DNA of 64,000 bases from an uncultured delta proteobacterium (GCA_963814585.1 CAWFDF010000011.1:160001-224000); one strand, 5' to 3'. Shown: positions 13,051 through 23,470, numbered from the stretch's first letter. Translations and numbers: made by a program. The notes: generated by a model not told the origin, from the sequence alone.

Positions 13051-14877
13051 GTGACCACGCTTCCGCTCCTCTTCCTGGCGCTGACCGCCGCGAGGCCCGC
13101 CCCGGGCCCGGCCGCCCTCGAGCTCGCCGGCGTGCCGGTCGCCCTGGCGCTGGAGGTGAGGGTGGCCGGGAAGGGCCTGGCGCTTCCGCTCGCCTGGCGC
13201 AGCGAGTCCGGCGAGGAGATCGGCACGGCCAGCGCCCCCGAGCTGGACGCCGAGGTGCGGCTGGAGCCCGAGGCCGGGGCGGGCCGGCGGCTCCGGGTCC
13301 GGCTTCGCTGGCGCCGTGCCGTCGGCCTGGAGCGGGCCGCGGTGGCGCTCGGCTGGGCGGGCGATCGGCCCTGGGCGGTCGGCCGCGATCTCGCCCCGGC
13401 GCCGCTCCTCGACGCCGTCCGGACCGGGCGGGGCACGCCGCTGCTGGCCGGCGCCGGTCCGCTCCTGCTCACCGGCGGCCCCGGGCTGGTGGCGGCCCGG
13501 CTCGCGCCCGCCGCCGGCGGCCTCACCGCCACGCTCTACCTCGACGACGCGGCGGAGCGTCCCTTCGCCACCTACCTGGCCTGCCTGGAGAGCCTGCCGC
13601 CCCTCGGCGAGGGTGGCCCGGGCGGCTACCGGGCCCTGGAGCGGAAGCGCGCCTGGACCGAGTCGCCGCGCCGGCCCGGGGACGAGGACCGGCTCGAGGC
13701 CACGCTCCACGCCCTCGGTCCGGGCCGGTCCATGCCGCTGGTGGTCGAGCGCTGGCCACGCGGCGCCCGCGCCGCCGTGGTCTTCACCGACCACGCCGAC
13801 CGCACCGATCCCGCCGCGCTGCGCGCCGTCCTCTTCGGCCACTCCGACCCGCGCGCCGAGGGGAGCCGCGGCTCAGGCCTGCTCGGGCGGGGCCTCGCCA
13901 TCACCCGGAGCTTCTTCGTCCGGCCCGGGTCCGGCACGCTGGCCGACCCCGAGACCTGGAGGCTGGCGAGCTGGCTGGTCGGCGCCGGCTCCGAGGTGGC
14001 GCTCCACTCCATCTCCGACGCCCGCGACGACCAGGAGGCGATCCGGGCCGGGCTCGAGGCCGCCGCCCCGCTCCGGCCCGAGACCTGGATCGACCACCAG
14101 CCCTACGTGAACTGCGAGGCGCTCTCGGCGGGCGGGGCCCAGGCCGGCTCGCCGTGGGAGGACCGCGCGCTGCTGGCGGAGGGAGGCATCCGCTGGGCCT
14201 GGGCCGCCGGCGACGTGGCCGGCTTCCGCGCCGTCGAGGTGCGCGACCTCTTCGGCGCCGCGCCGCCGGGGGAGCCCAGCCCCGCCATCTACCCGCTCCC
14301 GGGCGAGCCGCGCCTCTGGGTCTTCCAGTCGAGCTTCTTCTACGCGCCCCCCGCCGAGCTGGCACGGGCCCTCTCCAACGGGCCGCTGGATCGCCTGGAG
14401 CGCGGCGGCGGCCTCTTCGTGGCCCACACCTACCTGGGCGCCGGGCCGGCGACCACGCACCGGGGCCCCGCGGCGGCGCGGCTACCGGTCCGGCCGCTCG
14501 CCGGGGGCGCGCTCGAGATCGATCCCGCGCTCGACGAGGCGCTGGCCCGGCTGGCGTCGCGGGTCGCCGCGGGCAGCCTGGTCTCGCTGCCCTGGGCCGA
14601 GGCGGGGGACCGGCTGCGGGCGCTCGGCGCCGTCGAGGTCAGGTACCTCGCCGACGGCGGCGCGGTGGTGGTCAACCACGGCGACGTCGCCCTCGGCGGC
14701 CTCACCGTCGCGCTCCCGGCGGCCGGCCTGGAGCTTTGGATCGACGGCGAGCCGGCCTCGGCGCGCCGGGACGTGGCGGGCACCAGCCGGATCTGGTTCG
14801 ATCTCCCGGCCCACGGCCGGCGGGTGGTGCGGGCCACGCGCGGGGTCGTCCCGGTGCCGCTCCTGCCGCCGCCCTGA
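13051..14877 (+). CDS. Secreted hypothetical protein with polysaccharide-deacetylase-like central region
   Basis: Signal peptide MTTLPLLFLALTAA; AAVVFTDHAD and SEVALHS motifs; AGGAG upstream. Confidence 0.6.
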   Translation: MTTLPLLFLALTAARPAPGPAALELAGVPVALALEVRVAGKGLALPLAWRSESGEEIGTASAPELDAEVRLEPEAGAGRRLRVRLRWRRAVGLERAAVALGWAGDRPWAVGRDLAPAPLLDAVRTGRGTPLLAGAGPLLLTGGPGLVAARLAPAAGGLTATLYLDDAAERPFATYLACLESLPPLGEGGPGGYRALERKRAWTESPRRPGDEDRLEATLHALGPGRSMPLVVERWPRGARAAVVFTDHADRTDPAALRAVLFGHSDPRAEGSRGSGLLGRGLAITRSFFVRPGSGTLADPETWRLASWLVGAGSEVALHSISDARDDQEAIRAGLEAAAPLRPETWIDHQPYVNCEALSAGGAQAGSPWEDRALLAEGGIRWAWAAGDVAGFRAVEVRDLFGAAPPGEPSPAIYPLPGEPRLWVFQSSFFYAPPAELARALSNGPLDRLERGGGLFVAHTYLGAGPATTHRGPAAARLPVRPLAGGALEIDPALDEALARLASRVAAGSLVSLPWAEAGDRLRALGAVEVRYLADGGAVVVNHGDVALGGLTVALPAAGLELWIDGEPASARRDVAGTSRIWFDLPAHGRRVVRATRGVVPVPLLPPP

Positions 14878-14909
14878 CGGCCCTTCGCGCCGAGGAGAGG
14901 TCCACGACC

Positions 14910-15374
14910 ATGGAGATCCGCCCCGCCACCGCCGCCGACCTGGCCCCGCTCGCCGCCGGGCTGGCCCGGCTCGAGCTCATGCAGCGGTACGGCCGCGACG
15001 AGCCGCGCCTGGCCGGGGACCTGGCGCAGGCGCTCGCCCGCGGTGACGGGCTCCTGGTGGCCGCCGAGGGCGGGGGTCCGCTCGGGCTGGCCTGGTTCCT
15101 GCGCCAGGGGACGCTGGGGATGGGCGGCTACCTGAAGCTGATGGCGGTGCTGCCGGGGTCCCAGGCGCGCGGCGTCGGGGCGAGGCTGCTCTCCGCGTTC
15201 GAGGCCGACCTGGCCGGGTCGGCCGGCCACGGGTTCCTGCTCTGCTCCGACTTCAACGCTTCCGCGCAGGCCTTCTACGAGCGCCGCGGCTGGACCCGCG
15301 TGGGCGCGCTGCCGGCGCTGGTGCTGCCCGGCGTGGCCGAGCTGATCTACTGGAAGCGGCTCCGCCCGCGCTGA
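14910..15374 (+). CDS. GNAT family N-acetyltransferase
   Basis: MEIRPAT start; QARGVG motif A; NASAQAFYERRGW. Confidence 0.88.
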   Translation: MEIRPATAADLAPLAAGLARLELMQRYGRDEPRLAGDLAQALARGDGLLVAAEGGGPLGLAWFLRQGTLGMGGYLKLMAVLPGSQARGVGARLLSAFEADLAGSAGHGFLLCSDFNASAQAFYERRGWTRVGALPALVLPGVAELIYWKRLRPR

Positions 15375-16014
15375 CGGCGTCGGCATAGCGGGTGTTGGCG
15401 AGCCAGGTCCGGATCGACGGCCGCTCCCAGATCCTCCTCGCCCAGGCGGCCAGGTGAGGCGGGACGGGATCGCCGGCGTGGACCAGGCGCATCAGCAGCA
15501 GCGAGAGGTCGGCGTCGGCCAGCGTGAACTGGCCGACGACGTGGCTGTCGGCGGTGGGGAGGAGGGCCGCGGCGATCCGGCAGAGCCGGTCGGCCGCCGC
15601 CCGGGCGGTGCGCGACAGCGGCCCGGGCTTCTCGCCGAGGAACATCTGCGCGGTGGTGCGCTCGGTGCGGACCGGCAGGAAGTCGGAGCGGACCAGCGCC
15701 TGCACCATGCGGACGCGGGCCCGGTCCCTGGGGTCGGCCGGGTAGAGGCGGGGGTGGCGGGGAGGCGGGAAGGCCTCCTCGAGGTACTCGTCGATGGCCG
15801 AGGACTCGGCCAGCCAGAAGTCGCCGTGGCGCAGCGCCGGCACGCGCCCGGTGATCGACCGGTCGCGGTACCCGGGGCGCTGGTGCTCCTGCTTCTCCAG
15901 CGAGACCAGCTTCATCGTGAAGGGGAGCCCCTTCTCGCGAAGCGCCACGAAGGCGGAGAAGACATAGGGGCTGGTCCAGCCGTCGTTGCCGTAGAGCACG
16001 ATCTCGTCGGACAT
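15253..16014 (-). CDS. Glutathione S-transferase (YfcF-like)
   Basis: SPYVFSAFVALREKGLPF, GRVPAL, ESSAIDEYLEE, ADADL; 3' end overlaps the GNAT gene. Confidence 0.88.
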   Translation of the reverse strand: MSDEIVLYGNDGWTSPYVFSAFVALREKGLPFTMKLVSLEKQEHQRPGYRDRSITGRVPALRHGDFWLAESSAIDEYLEEAFPPPRHPRLYPADPRDRARVRMVQALVRSDFLPVRTERTTAQMFLGEKPGPLSRTARAAADRLCRIAAALLPTADSHVVGQFTLADADLSLLLMRLVHAGDPVPPHLAAWARRIWERPSIRTWLANTRYADAVSAGGAASSRSARPRRAAPAPAARPRGSSRGARRRPARKR

Positions 16015-16051
16015 GGCCAGCCTCCCTGGTCGGCGCGCCGGGCGCCCCCGC

Positions 16052-16723
16052 CTACTTGAGGATCTCGAGCAGCTCGACCTCGAAGTCGAGCGTGGCGCCC
16101 GGGGGGATCTCGGCGCCCGCGCCCCGATCGCCGTAGGCCAGCGCCGACGGGCAGACCAGCCGTGCCTTGCCGCCGACCTTGAGCTTCTGCACGCCCTCGG
16201 TCCAGCAGGGGATGACGCCCTTGAGCGGGAAGGTGGCCGGGCCGCCGTGGCGCGCCGAGGCGTCGAAGACCTTGCCGTCGACCAGCTTGCCCTCGTAGTT
16301 GACCTTCACCTGGGAGGCGACGGTCGGCGACGCGCCGGTCCCTTCCTTGATGGGGATGAAGATCAGGCCCGAGGCGGTCTTGACCGCGCCCGGCTCCTTG
16401 GCGGCCTTCTCCAGGTAGCCCTCGCCCTGCTTGGCCAGCGCGGCGCCCTGCACGGCGCGGCGCGCCATCACCAGCTGCTGGATGGCGGCCTGCTTCTCCT
16501 CCAGCTTCACCTCGGCCTTGCCGGCGGCGGCGTCCCGGACGCCGGCCACGACCAGCTCCAGCTCGACGGGGGTCAGGTTGAAGGGCTCCAGGCTCTTCTG
16601 GATGGCGACGCCGACGGCATAGATGGTCTTCTCGTCGTCGGTCTTCGGGGCGCCTCGCTGCGGGACCTGGTTGGTGCAGGCGGTGGCGAGAACGGCGGCG
16701 AAGGCGGCAGCAGTGAGTCTCAT
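16052..16723 (-). CDS. FKBP-type peptidyl-prolyl cis-trans isomerase (Mip/FkpA-like lipoprotein)
   Basis: Lipobox LATAC; VKVNYEGKLVDGKVFD, VIPCWTEG, LAYG, IPPGATLDFEVELL. Confidence 0.92.
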   Translation of the reverse strand: MRLTAAAFAAVLATACTNQVPQRGAPKTDDEKTIYAVGVAIQKSLEPFNLTPVELELVVAGVRDAAAGKAEVKLEEKQAAIQQLVMARRAVQGAALAKQGEGYLEKAAKEPGAVKTASGLIFIPIKEGTGASPTVASQVKVNYEGKLVDGKVFDASARHGGPATFPLKGVIPCWTEGVQKLKVGGKARLVCPSALAYGDRGAGAEIPPGATLDFEVELLEILK

Positions 16724-16784
16724 GTGGACGGCATCCTTTCCTGGCCCGGGAAGGGGGCGTGAGGGAACGGCGGGCGTCTTACCA

Positions 16785-18680
16785 CTATTCCTCGAGCGTG
16801 GAGACATCGCCGTCGGGAAGCCCCTGCGCCCGCGCCTTGAGCACTCGCCTCATGATCTTGCCGGAGCGGGTCTTGGGCAGGCTGTCCACGAAGGTCACCT
16901 TCTCCGGCTTGACGATGGGGCCGAGGTGGGTGGCGACGTGGTTGCGGACCTGCTCGGCGAGGTCGTCGCTCGCCGTGAAGCCGTGCCGCAGCAGGCAGTA
17001 GCAGTGGATGGCCTGCCCCTTCACCTCATGGGGCAGGCCGATCACGGCCGCCTCGGCCACGGCCGGGTGGCTCACCAGCGCGCTCTCCACCTCGGCGGTG
17101 CCGAGCCGGTACCCGGAGACCTTGATGACGTCGTCGGTCCGGCCGATGACCCAGAAGTACCCGTCCTTGTCCTTCTTGGCGGCGTCGCCGGCGCAGTACA
17201 TCCCCGGGTAGGTCTTCCAGTAGGTCTCCTTGAAGCGCTCGTCCTCCCGGAAGATGGTCATGGCCGCCGCCGGCCAGGGGTTCTTGAGGACCAGGAAGCC
17301 CTCCTTCCCGGCCTCGACCTCGTTCCCCTTCTCGTCGAGGATGGCGGCGTCCTGCCCGAAGAAGGGCTTGCCGGCCGAGCCGGGCTTGAGCGGCATGGTC
17401 GGGACCGGAGTGAGCTGGAACATGCCGGTCTCGGTCTGCCACCAGGTGTCCATGATGGGACAGCGCCCCTTGCCGATCTCGCGGTGGTACCACTTCCAGG
17501 CCTCGGGGTTGATGGGCTCGCCCACCGAGCCGAGCATGCGGAGCGAGGAGAGATCGTGGCGGGCCGGCCAGGAGGCGCCGAAGCGCATCAGGCCGCGGAT
17601 GGCGGTGGGGGCGGTGTAGAGGATGGTGATGCCGTACTTCTCGATCAGCGACCACCACTTGTTCGGGTACGGGTAGGTGGGGGCGCCCTCGTACATGAAG
17701 GTGGTGGCGCCCAGCAGCAGCGGCCCGTAGACGATGTAGCTGTGGCCGGTGACCCAGCCGGGATCGGCGGCGCACCAGTAGCGATCCTCGTCCTTCATGT
17801 CGAAGACGTACTTGAGCGTCGAGTAGATGCCGGTCATGTAGCCGGCGTGGCCATGGACCAGCCCCTTGGGCTTCCCGGTGGTCCCCGAGGTGTAGAGGAT
17901 GTAGAGGGGGTCGTGGGCGTCCATCACCTCGGTCGGGCAGCTGCCGGTGGCCAGCGGCAGCTTCATCAGCTCGTGGTACCAGTAGTCCCGCCCCGCCTCC
18001 ATGCGGATCTCGTGGCCGGTCCGCTGCACCACGATGACGGTCTCGACGGTGGGGCAGCGGCGGACGGCGTCGTCCACCGTCTTCTTCAGCTCCACCACCT
18101 TGCCGTTCATGAACCCGCCGTCGGCGGTGAGCACCACCTTCGACTCGGAGTCCTCGATGCGCCCCTGCAGCGCGTCCACCGAGAAGCCGCCGTAGACCAC
18201 CGAGTGGACGGCGCCGATCTTGGCGCAGGCCAGCATGGCCACCACGATCTCGGGGATGCGCGGCATGTAGATGGTGACGCGGTCGCCCTTCTTCACGCCC
18301 ATGGCCTTGAGGACGTTGGCGAACTTGGAGACGTCGCGGTGGAGCGCGAAGTAGGAGTAGGTCCGGACCTCGCCGCGCTCGCCGACCCAGATCAGCGACA
18401 GCTTGTTCTTGCGCCAGGAGCGCTGGTGCCGGTCGAGGGCGTTGTGGATGATGTTGCACTGCGAGCCCTTGAACCAGCGGTAGAAGGGCGGGTTGGAGCG
18501 GTCGAGGACCTTGTCCCACTTGCGGTACCACTCGAGCTCCCCGGCCTCCTGGGCCCAGAATCCTTCCAGGTCGTCCGAGGCGCGCTTCGCCACCTCGCCC
18601 CAGTCCTTGATCCGGGCCTGGGCGGTGACCTCGGCGGTCGGGAAGATGACCTCGCCTTCCAGCTGCGGCTTGACGCTCAT
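16785..18680 (-). CDS. acs: Acetyl-CoA synthetase
   Basis: YTSGTTGKPKG, SVGEP, DTWWQTETG, GRTDD, LPKTRSGKIMRR. Confidence 0.95.
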   Translation of the reverse strand: MSVKPQLEGEVIFPTAEVTAQARIKDWGEVAKRASDDLEGFWAQEAGELEWYRKWDKVLDRSNPPFYRWFKGSQCNIIHNALDRHQRSWRKNKLSLIWVGERGEVRTYSYFALHRDVSKFANVLKAMGVKKGDRVTIYMPRIPEIVVAMLACAKIGAVHSVVYGGFSVDALQGRIEDSESKVVLTADGGFMNGKVVELKKTVDDAVRRCPTVETVIVVQRTGHEIRMEAGRDYWYHELMKLPLATGSCPTEVMDAHDPLYILYTSGTTGKPKGLVHGHAGYMTGIYSTLKYVFDMKDEDRYWCAADPGWVTGHSYIVYGPLLLGATTFMYEGAPTYPYPNKWWSLIEKYGITILYTAPTAIRGLMRFGASWPARHDLSSLRMLGSVGEPINPEAWKWYHREIGKGRCPIMDTWWQTETGMFQLTPVPTMPLKPGSAGKPFFGQDAAILDEKGNEVEAGKEGFLVLKNPWPAAAMTIFREDERFKETYWKTYPGMYCAGDAAKKDKDGYFWVIGRTDDVIKVSGYRLGTAEVESALVSHPAVAEAAVIGLPHEVKGQAIHCYCLLRHGFTASDDLAEQVRNHVATHLGPIVKPEKVTFVDSLPKTRSGKIMRRVLKARAQGLPDGDVSTLEE

Positions 18681-18957
18681 CGGGGACTCCTGTCGCTGAC
18701 TGGGACTCGAGACGGTGGTCGCGCCGGGATGTGCACGCCTGGGGGACGTCGAGTAGGACCCGCGAGCGTAACAAAGGACCCTCGCTGGACCAAGCGAGCC
18801 CGACGACGCGGTGCGCCATGCCAGCGCTCCCCCCCCCGGGCCAGGGTCCGCCGGTCCGCTCGCCGCGCCAGGCGGCCCGCCACCCCTTCCCGCCCGGGTG
18901 AAGGCGCTGCAGCCACGGAATCGACCCCGGGGAGGGCGGCGGCTATCCTCGGCCCCG

Positions 18958-19884
18958 ATGCGCCGACCTCCCCAGCTTCGACGCGGTGACGTGGTCCGGG
19001 TCATCGCCCCTGGCAGCGGCTTCGAGCCCGCCTCCTTCCAGGCCGGCCTCGACGTGCTGCGGCATCGTCTCGAGCTCCGACCCCGCTTCCGCGACGACAT
19101 CACGGCGCGTGAAGGCTACCTGGCCGGCGGCGACGGGCGGCGGCTGGCCGAGTGGGACGAGGCGGTGGCCGACCCCGAGGCGAGGGCCATCTTCTGCGCC
19201 CGGGGCGGCTACGGGGCGATGCGGCTGCTCCCCGGCCTCGATCCGGCGCCGCTGCTGGCGAACCCGAAGCTGGTGGTGGGGTTCTCCGACGTCACCGCCA
19301 TCCACGCCCGGCTCAACGCCGCGGGCCTCGCCACCCTGCACGGGCCGGTGGTGACGCAGCTCGGCCGCGCACCCGCCGACGCCGTGGATCACCTGGCGGC
19401 CCTCCTCTTCGGTGAGGCGGGCGCGGCGTCGGCCGGGCGCGGGCTGGCCGCGACCGCGTCGATCCGGCCCGGGCGGGTCACCGGTCCCCTGCTGGGCGGG
19501 TCGCTCACGCTGCTCGCCCACCTCTGCGGCACGCCCTGGCTGCCGTCGCTCCGCGGCGCCATCCTCTTCATCGAGGACGTGGGCGAGCCGCCCTACAAGC
19601 TCGATCGCTACCTGACCCAGCTCCGGCTCTCCGGGGCGCTCGACGGCCTGGCCGGCGTGGCGGTCGGACAGCTCACCGGGTGCGACGGCGGCGACGGCGA
19701 GGCGGTGGCCACGGTGCGCCGCCTGGTGTCCGCGCTGGGCGTCCCGGCCATCGAGGGGCTGCCCGCCGGCCACGAGGACCGGAACTTCGCGCTGCCGCTC
19801 GGGCCAGCCGCCACGCTCGAGGCGCCCGCCCCGGGCGGTCCCGGCCAGCCCCGGCTCCGGTTCGACGGCGAGGCCGCCGCGTGA
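18958..19884 (+). CDS. ldcA: LD-carboxypeptidase (peptidase S66)
   Basis: CARGGYGAMRLL, GFSDVT (Ser), FIEDV (Glu), AGH (His). Confidence 0.88.
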   Translation: MRRPPQLRRGDVVRVIAPGSGFEPASFQAGLDVLRHRLELRPRFRDDITAREGYLAGGDGRRLAEWDEAVADPEARAIFCARGGYGAMRLLPGLDPAPLLANPKLVVGFSDVTAIHARLNAAGLATLHGPVVTQLGRAPADAVDHLAALLFGEAGAASAGRGLAATASIRPGRVTGPLLGGSLTLLAHLCGTPWLPSLRGAILFIEDVGEPPYKLDRYLTQLRLSGALDGLAGVAVGQLTGCDGGDGEAVATVRRLVSALGVPAIEGLPAGHEDRNFALPLGPAATLEAPAPGGPGQPRLRFDGEAAA

Positions 19885-21038
19885 CGGCGGGGCCCAGCCT
19901 CCCCGCCGTGGCGGAGGCGCTGGAGGCGGGACGGCGCGAGGGCGTGGCCCCGGCCATCGTCGCGGCGGTGCGGCACGGCGGGGTGCTGGTCCACCAGGGC
20001 GGCCACGGGGAGCTGCCGGCCCCGGAGCCCCGGCCGGTCCGTCCCGGCGATCTCTTCGACGTGGCCTCGCTCACCAAGGTGCTCTGCACCACCACGCTCT
20101 GCGCGCAGGCGGTCCGGGAGGGCGCGCTCGAGCTCGACGCCCCGCTCTGCCGGTGGCTCCCCGGCTTCGCCGCCGCCGGCAAGGCAGGGGTCACCGTCCG
20201 TCACCTGCTGGCCCACTCGAGCGGCCTGCCCTGGTGGCGGCCGTATCACCTGGCGGCACCGGCCGAGGCCGATCCGGCCCGCCGCCGCGCCGCCGTCGTC
20301 GAGGCGCTGATGGCCGAGCCGCTCGAGGCGCCGCCTGCCACGCGGAGCGTCTACTCGGATCCCGGCTTCATGGCGCTGGGCCTGGCGCTGGAGGCGGCCC
20401 TGGGCGCCAGGTTGCCGGCGCTCTTCGAGGCCCGGGTGGCCGCGCCGCTCGGGATCCGCGACACCTTCTTCGTCGACGCGCTCGATCCGGCCGAGGCCTC
20501 GGCGCGCGCGGCCGGGCGGAGCTTCGCGCCGACCCGGCGCGAGGGTCCGCGGGGGCTGCGGCAGGGGACGGTGGACGACGACAACGCCTGGGCTTTGGGC
20601 GGCGCCGCCGGCCACGCCGGTCTCTTCTCCACCGCCCTCGACGTGGCCACCATCGGGCAGGCGTGGCTCGACGCGCTCGACGGCCGGACCTCGCCGGTTC
20701 CCTCCGCGACGGCACGCCGGTTCGCCGTCCGCGACGCCGCACCCGGCTCCTGCCGGGCCCTCGGCTGGGACACCCGCAGCCCGCAGGGCTCCACGCTGGG
20801 CGAGCGGATGGGCCGCGGACCGCGCGGCGCGCTCGGCCACCTCGGGTTCACCGGCTGCTCGCTCTGGCTCGATCTCGACGCCGGCGTGGTGGCGGTGCTG
20901 CTCACCAACCACGTCCACCCGGCGGGCAGCCACCGGGCCCTGATCAACGGGCTCCGGCGGCGCTTCCACGACGCCGTGGCGCGGGCGCTCGGGCTGGCGG
21001 AGCCGCTCGGTCCCGGCCCGGCGGAGGAGCAGGCGTGA
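19881..21038 (+). CDS. Serine hydrolase, beta-lactamase-related family
   Basis: ASLTK (SxxK), LLAHSSGL, YSD, GHAGLFST, GHLGFTG; GTG overlaps the ldcA stop. Confidence 0.88.
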   Translation: MTAGPSLPAVAEALEAGRREGVAPAIVAAVRHGGVLVHQGGHGELPAPEPRPVRPGDLFDVASLTKVLCTTTLCAQAVREGALELDAPLCRWLPGFAAAGKAGVTVRHLLAHSSGLPWWRPYHLAAPAEADPARRRAAVVEALMAEPLEAPPATRSVYSDPGFMALGLALEAALGARLPALFEARVAAPLGIRDTFFVDALDPAEASARAAGRSFAPTRREGPRGLRQGTVDDDNAWALGGAAGHAGLFSTALDVATIGQAWLDALDGRTSPVPSATARRFAVRDAAPGSCRALGWDTRSPQGSTLGERMGRGPRGALGHLGFTGCSLWLDLDAGVVAVLLTNHVHPAGSHRALINGLRRRFHDAVARALGLAEPLGPGPAEEQA

Positions 21039-22465
21039 TCGACTGGTCCAGGGTGAGGCGGGTCCACCTCATCGGCGTGTGCGGCACCGGCATGGGATCG
21101 TTCGCGGGGATGCTCCAGGAGGCCGGGCACGAGGTGACCGGCTCGGACGAGAACGTCTACCCACCCATGTCGACCCAGCTGGCGCGCTGGGGCATCGAGG
21201 CCATGAGCGGCTACGCCCCCTCGAACCTCGACCGGGCCCGCCCCGATCTCGTCGTCGTCGGCAACGTCATCCGGGAGGCCAACCCGGAGGCGGCCGCCAT
21301 GCGGGCCCGGGGGCTGGCGCACTGCTCCTTCCCGGCGGCGCTGGGGGAGCGCTTCATCGCCCCGCGCCACGGCGTGGTGGTGGTGGGGACGCACGGCAAG
21401 ACCACCACCAGCGCCATGATGGGCCGCCTGCTCCACCACGCCGGCCGCGACCCCTCCTTCCTGGTGGGCGGCGTCACCCGGGACTTCGAGTCGAACTTCC
21501 GGCTGGGCGGCGGTCCCCACTTCGTGGTCGAGGGGGACGAGTACGACACCGCCTACTTCGACAAGGGGCCCAAGTTCCTCCACTACCACCCGCGCACCGC
21601 CGTCTTCACCAGCTGCGAGCTGGACCACGCCGACATCTACCGGGACCAGGCGCACTACGAGGCGGCGTTCCAGCGCTTCGTGGCGCTGCTGCCTGACGAC
21701 GGCTTCCTGGCCGCCTGCGCCAGCTACCCGAGCGTGCTCCGCCTCGCCGGGCAGGCCCGCTGCCGGGTCGAGACCTACGCGGTCGACCAGCCGGGAGCCG
21801 ACTGGGAGGCCCGGGGCCTCGCGCTCGGCGCCGACGGGGCCCGCTTCACGCTGGTGCGCCGGGGCGCCGCCCTGGCCGAGGTGCACCTGCCGGTGGGAGG
21901 CGCGCACAACGTCGAGAACGCGCTCGGGGTGGCCGCGGCGGCCACGGCGCTGGGGCTCACGCCGGCCGAGATCGCGGCCGGGCTGGCCGCCTTCGGGGGC
22001 GTGAAGCGGCGCCAGGAGGTGCGCGGCCGGGCCGCTGGCGTCACCGTGATCGACGACTTCGCCCACCACCCCCGCGCGGTGAGGAAGACGCTGGCCGCGG
22101 TGGCCGGGACCTTCCCGGGGGCGCGGCTGCTGGCCTGCTTCGAGCCACGCTCCAACACCAGCCGGCGCAACCTGCACCAGCGCGACTACGCCGACCCGGC
22201 CACCTGGAGCGGCGCCGCCGGGGTCTTCCTGCTCCGGCCGGCTCCCACCGACCGGGTGCCGGAGGCCGAGCGGCTCGACATCGACGCCGTCTGCGCCTCG
22301 CTCGGCGCGGCGGGCACTCCGGCGGCGGCCTTCGGCACCGTCGAGGCGCTGGTCGCCGCGGTGGTGGCGGCGGCGTGGGCCGGCGACGTGGTGGTGGCCA
22401 TGTCGAACGGGGCCTTCGGCGGCGTCTGGGACCTGCTGCTGGCGGGGCTGGGCCGCGGCCATTAG
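21035..22465 (+). CDS. mpl: UDP-N-acetylmuramate:L-Ala-gamma-D-Glu-mDAP ligase (murein peptide ligase)
   Basis: GVCGTGMG, GTHGKTTT, EGDEYDTAYFDK, DHADIY, DDFAHHP, FEPRSNT, MSNGAFGG. Confidence 0.92.
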   Translation: MIDWSRVRRVHLIGVCGTGMGSFAGMLQEAGHEVTGSDENVYPPMSTQLARWGIEAMSGYAPSNLDRARPDLVVVGNVIREANPEAAAMRARGLAHCSFPAALGERFIAPRHGVVVVGTHGKTTTSAMMGRLLHHAGRDPSFLVGGVTRDFESNFRLGGGPHFVVEGDEYDTAYFDKGPKFLHYHPRTAVFTSCELDHADIYRDQAHYEAAFQRFVALLPDDGFLAACASYPSVLRLAGQARCRVETYAVDQPGADWEARGLALGADGARFTLVRRGAALAEVHLPVGGAHNVENALGVAAAATALGLTPAEIAAGLAAFGGVKRRQEVRGRAAGVTVIDDFAHHPRAVRKTLAAVAGTFPGARLLACFEPRSNTSRRNLHQRDYADPATWSGAAGVFLLRPAPTDRVPEAERLDIDAVCASLGAAGTPAAAFGTVEALVAAVVAAAWAGDVVVAMSNGAFGGVWDLLLAGLGRGH

Positions 22466-22474
22466 ATCGGCCGC

Positions 22475-23428
22475 ATGGCCAGCGACAAGCCCGGCGACGC
22501 CGACCTCCGGTCGAGGCTCACCCCGGAGCAGTACGCCGTCACGCAGCAGTGCGGCACCGAGCCGCCGTTCAGGAACGCCTACTGGGATCACCACGAGCCG
22601 GGGCTCTACGTCGACGTGGTCTCGGGCGAGCCGCTCTTCGCCTCGGGCGACAAGTTCGACTCCGGCACCGGCTGGCCCAGCTTCACCCGGCCGGTGGCGG
22701 GCAACGTGGTGGCGAGGCGGGACGTCGCCCACGGGATGGTCCGGACCGAGGTCCGCTCGCGCGCCGGCGACTCCCACCTGGGCCACCTCTTCGATGACGG
22801 GCCGCGTGACCGCGGCGGCCAGCGCTACTGCATCAACTCGGCCGCGCTCCGCTTCGTCCCCGCGGCGCGGCTGGAGGCGGAGGGGTACGGCCAGTTCGCG
22901 GCGCTCTTCCCCGCGGCGGCGCCCGCCGCGGCCGCGCCGGAGCGCGAGGTCGCGGTGCTGGCCGGCGGCTGCTTCTGGGGGATGCAGGACCTGCTCCGCA
23001 AGATCCCCGGCGTGCTCGAGACCGAGGCCGGGTACACCGGCGGCTGGCTCGAGAACCCGCGCTACCACGACACGCACCACGGCGCCTCGGGCCATGCCGA
23101 GTCGGTGCGGGTGGTCTTCGATCCGCGGCAGCTCGCCTACGAGGAGCTGCTGGAGCGCTGGTTCTTTCGCATGCATGACCCGACCACGGCCAACCGCCAG
23201 GGCAACGATCGTGGCACGCAGTACCGGAGCGCCATCTTCGTCGCCGACGAGCGGCAGCGGGCGTCGGCCGAGGCGGTCAAGGCGCGGGTGCAGGCCTCGG
23301 GGAGGTGGAAGGGGACCATCGTCACCGAGATCGCCCCGGCGACGGCCTGGTACCGTGCCGAGCCGGAGCACCAGGACTACCTGGAGAGGAACCCGGGCGG
23401 CTACACCTGCCACTACCTCCGGCCGTGA
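22475..23428 (+). CDS. msrBA: Bifunctional methionine sulfoxide reductase, MsrB-MsrA order
   Basis: GTGWPSF, HLGHLF, RYCINS (MsrB); [20 protein letters not shown] (MsrA). Confidence 0.92.
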   Translation: MASDKPGDADLRSRLTPEQYAVTQQCGTEPPFRNAYWDHHEPGLYVDVVSGEPLFASGDKFDSGTGWPSFTRPVAGNVVARRDVAHGMVRTEVRSRAGDSHLGHLFDDGPRDRGGQRYCINSAALRFVPAARLEAEGYGQFAALFPAAAPAAAAPEREVAVLAGGCFWGMQDLLRKIPGVLETEAGYTGGWLENPRYHDTHHGASGHAESVRVVFDPRQLAYEELLERWFFRMHDPTTANRQGNDRGTQYRSAIFVADERQRASAEAVKARVQASGRWKGTIVTEIAPATAWYRAEPEHQDYLERNPGGYTCHYLRP

Positions 23429-23434
23429 GAAAAG

Positions 23435-23470
23435 CGGAGGCCCGGCCACCTCTCGGTGGCCGGGCCTCCG
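23435..23470 (-). terminator. Intrinsic terminator between convergent msrBA and cytochrome genes
   Basis: Perfect 16-bp stem CGGAGGCCCGGCCACC/GGTGGCCGGGCCTCCG with 4-nt loop; T-run follows on the minus strand. Confidence 0.8.

Noticed and set aside
18810..18830. TGGCAT upstream of acs as a sigma54 promoter
   Set aside because: No TTGC at -12; a sigma70-like TTGGTC-17-TACGCT closer to the gene explains the promoter better
19881..21038. Beta-lactam resistance gene
   Set aside because: Generic SxxK serine hydrolase embedded in a murein-recycling operon; lacks the class A/C KTG-type signature
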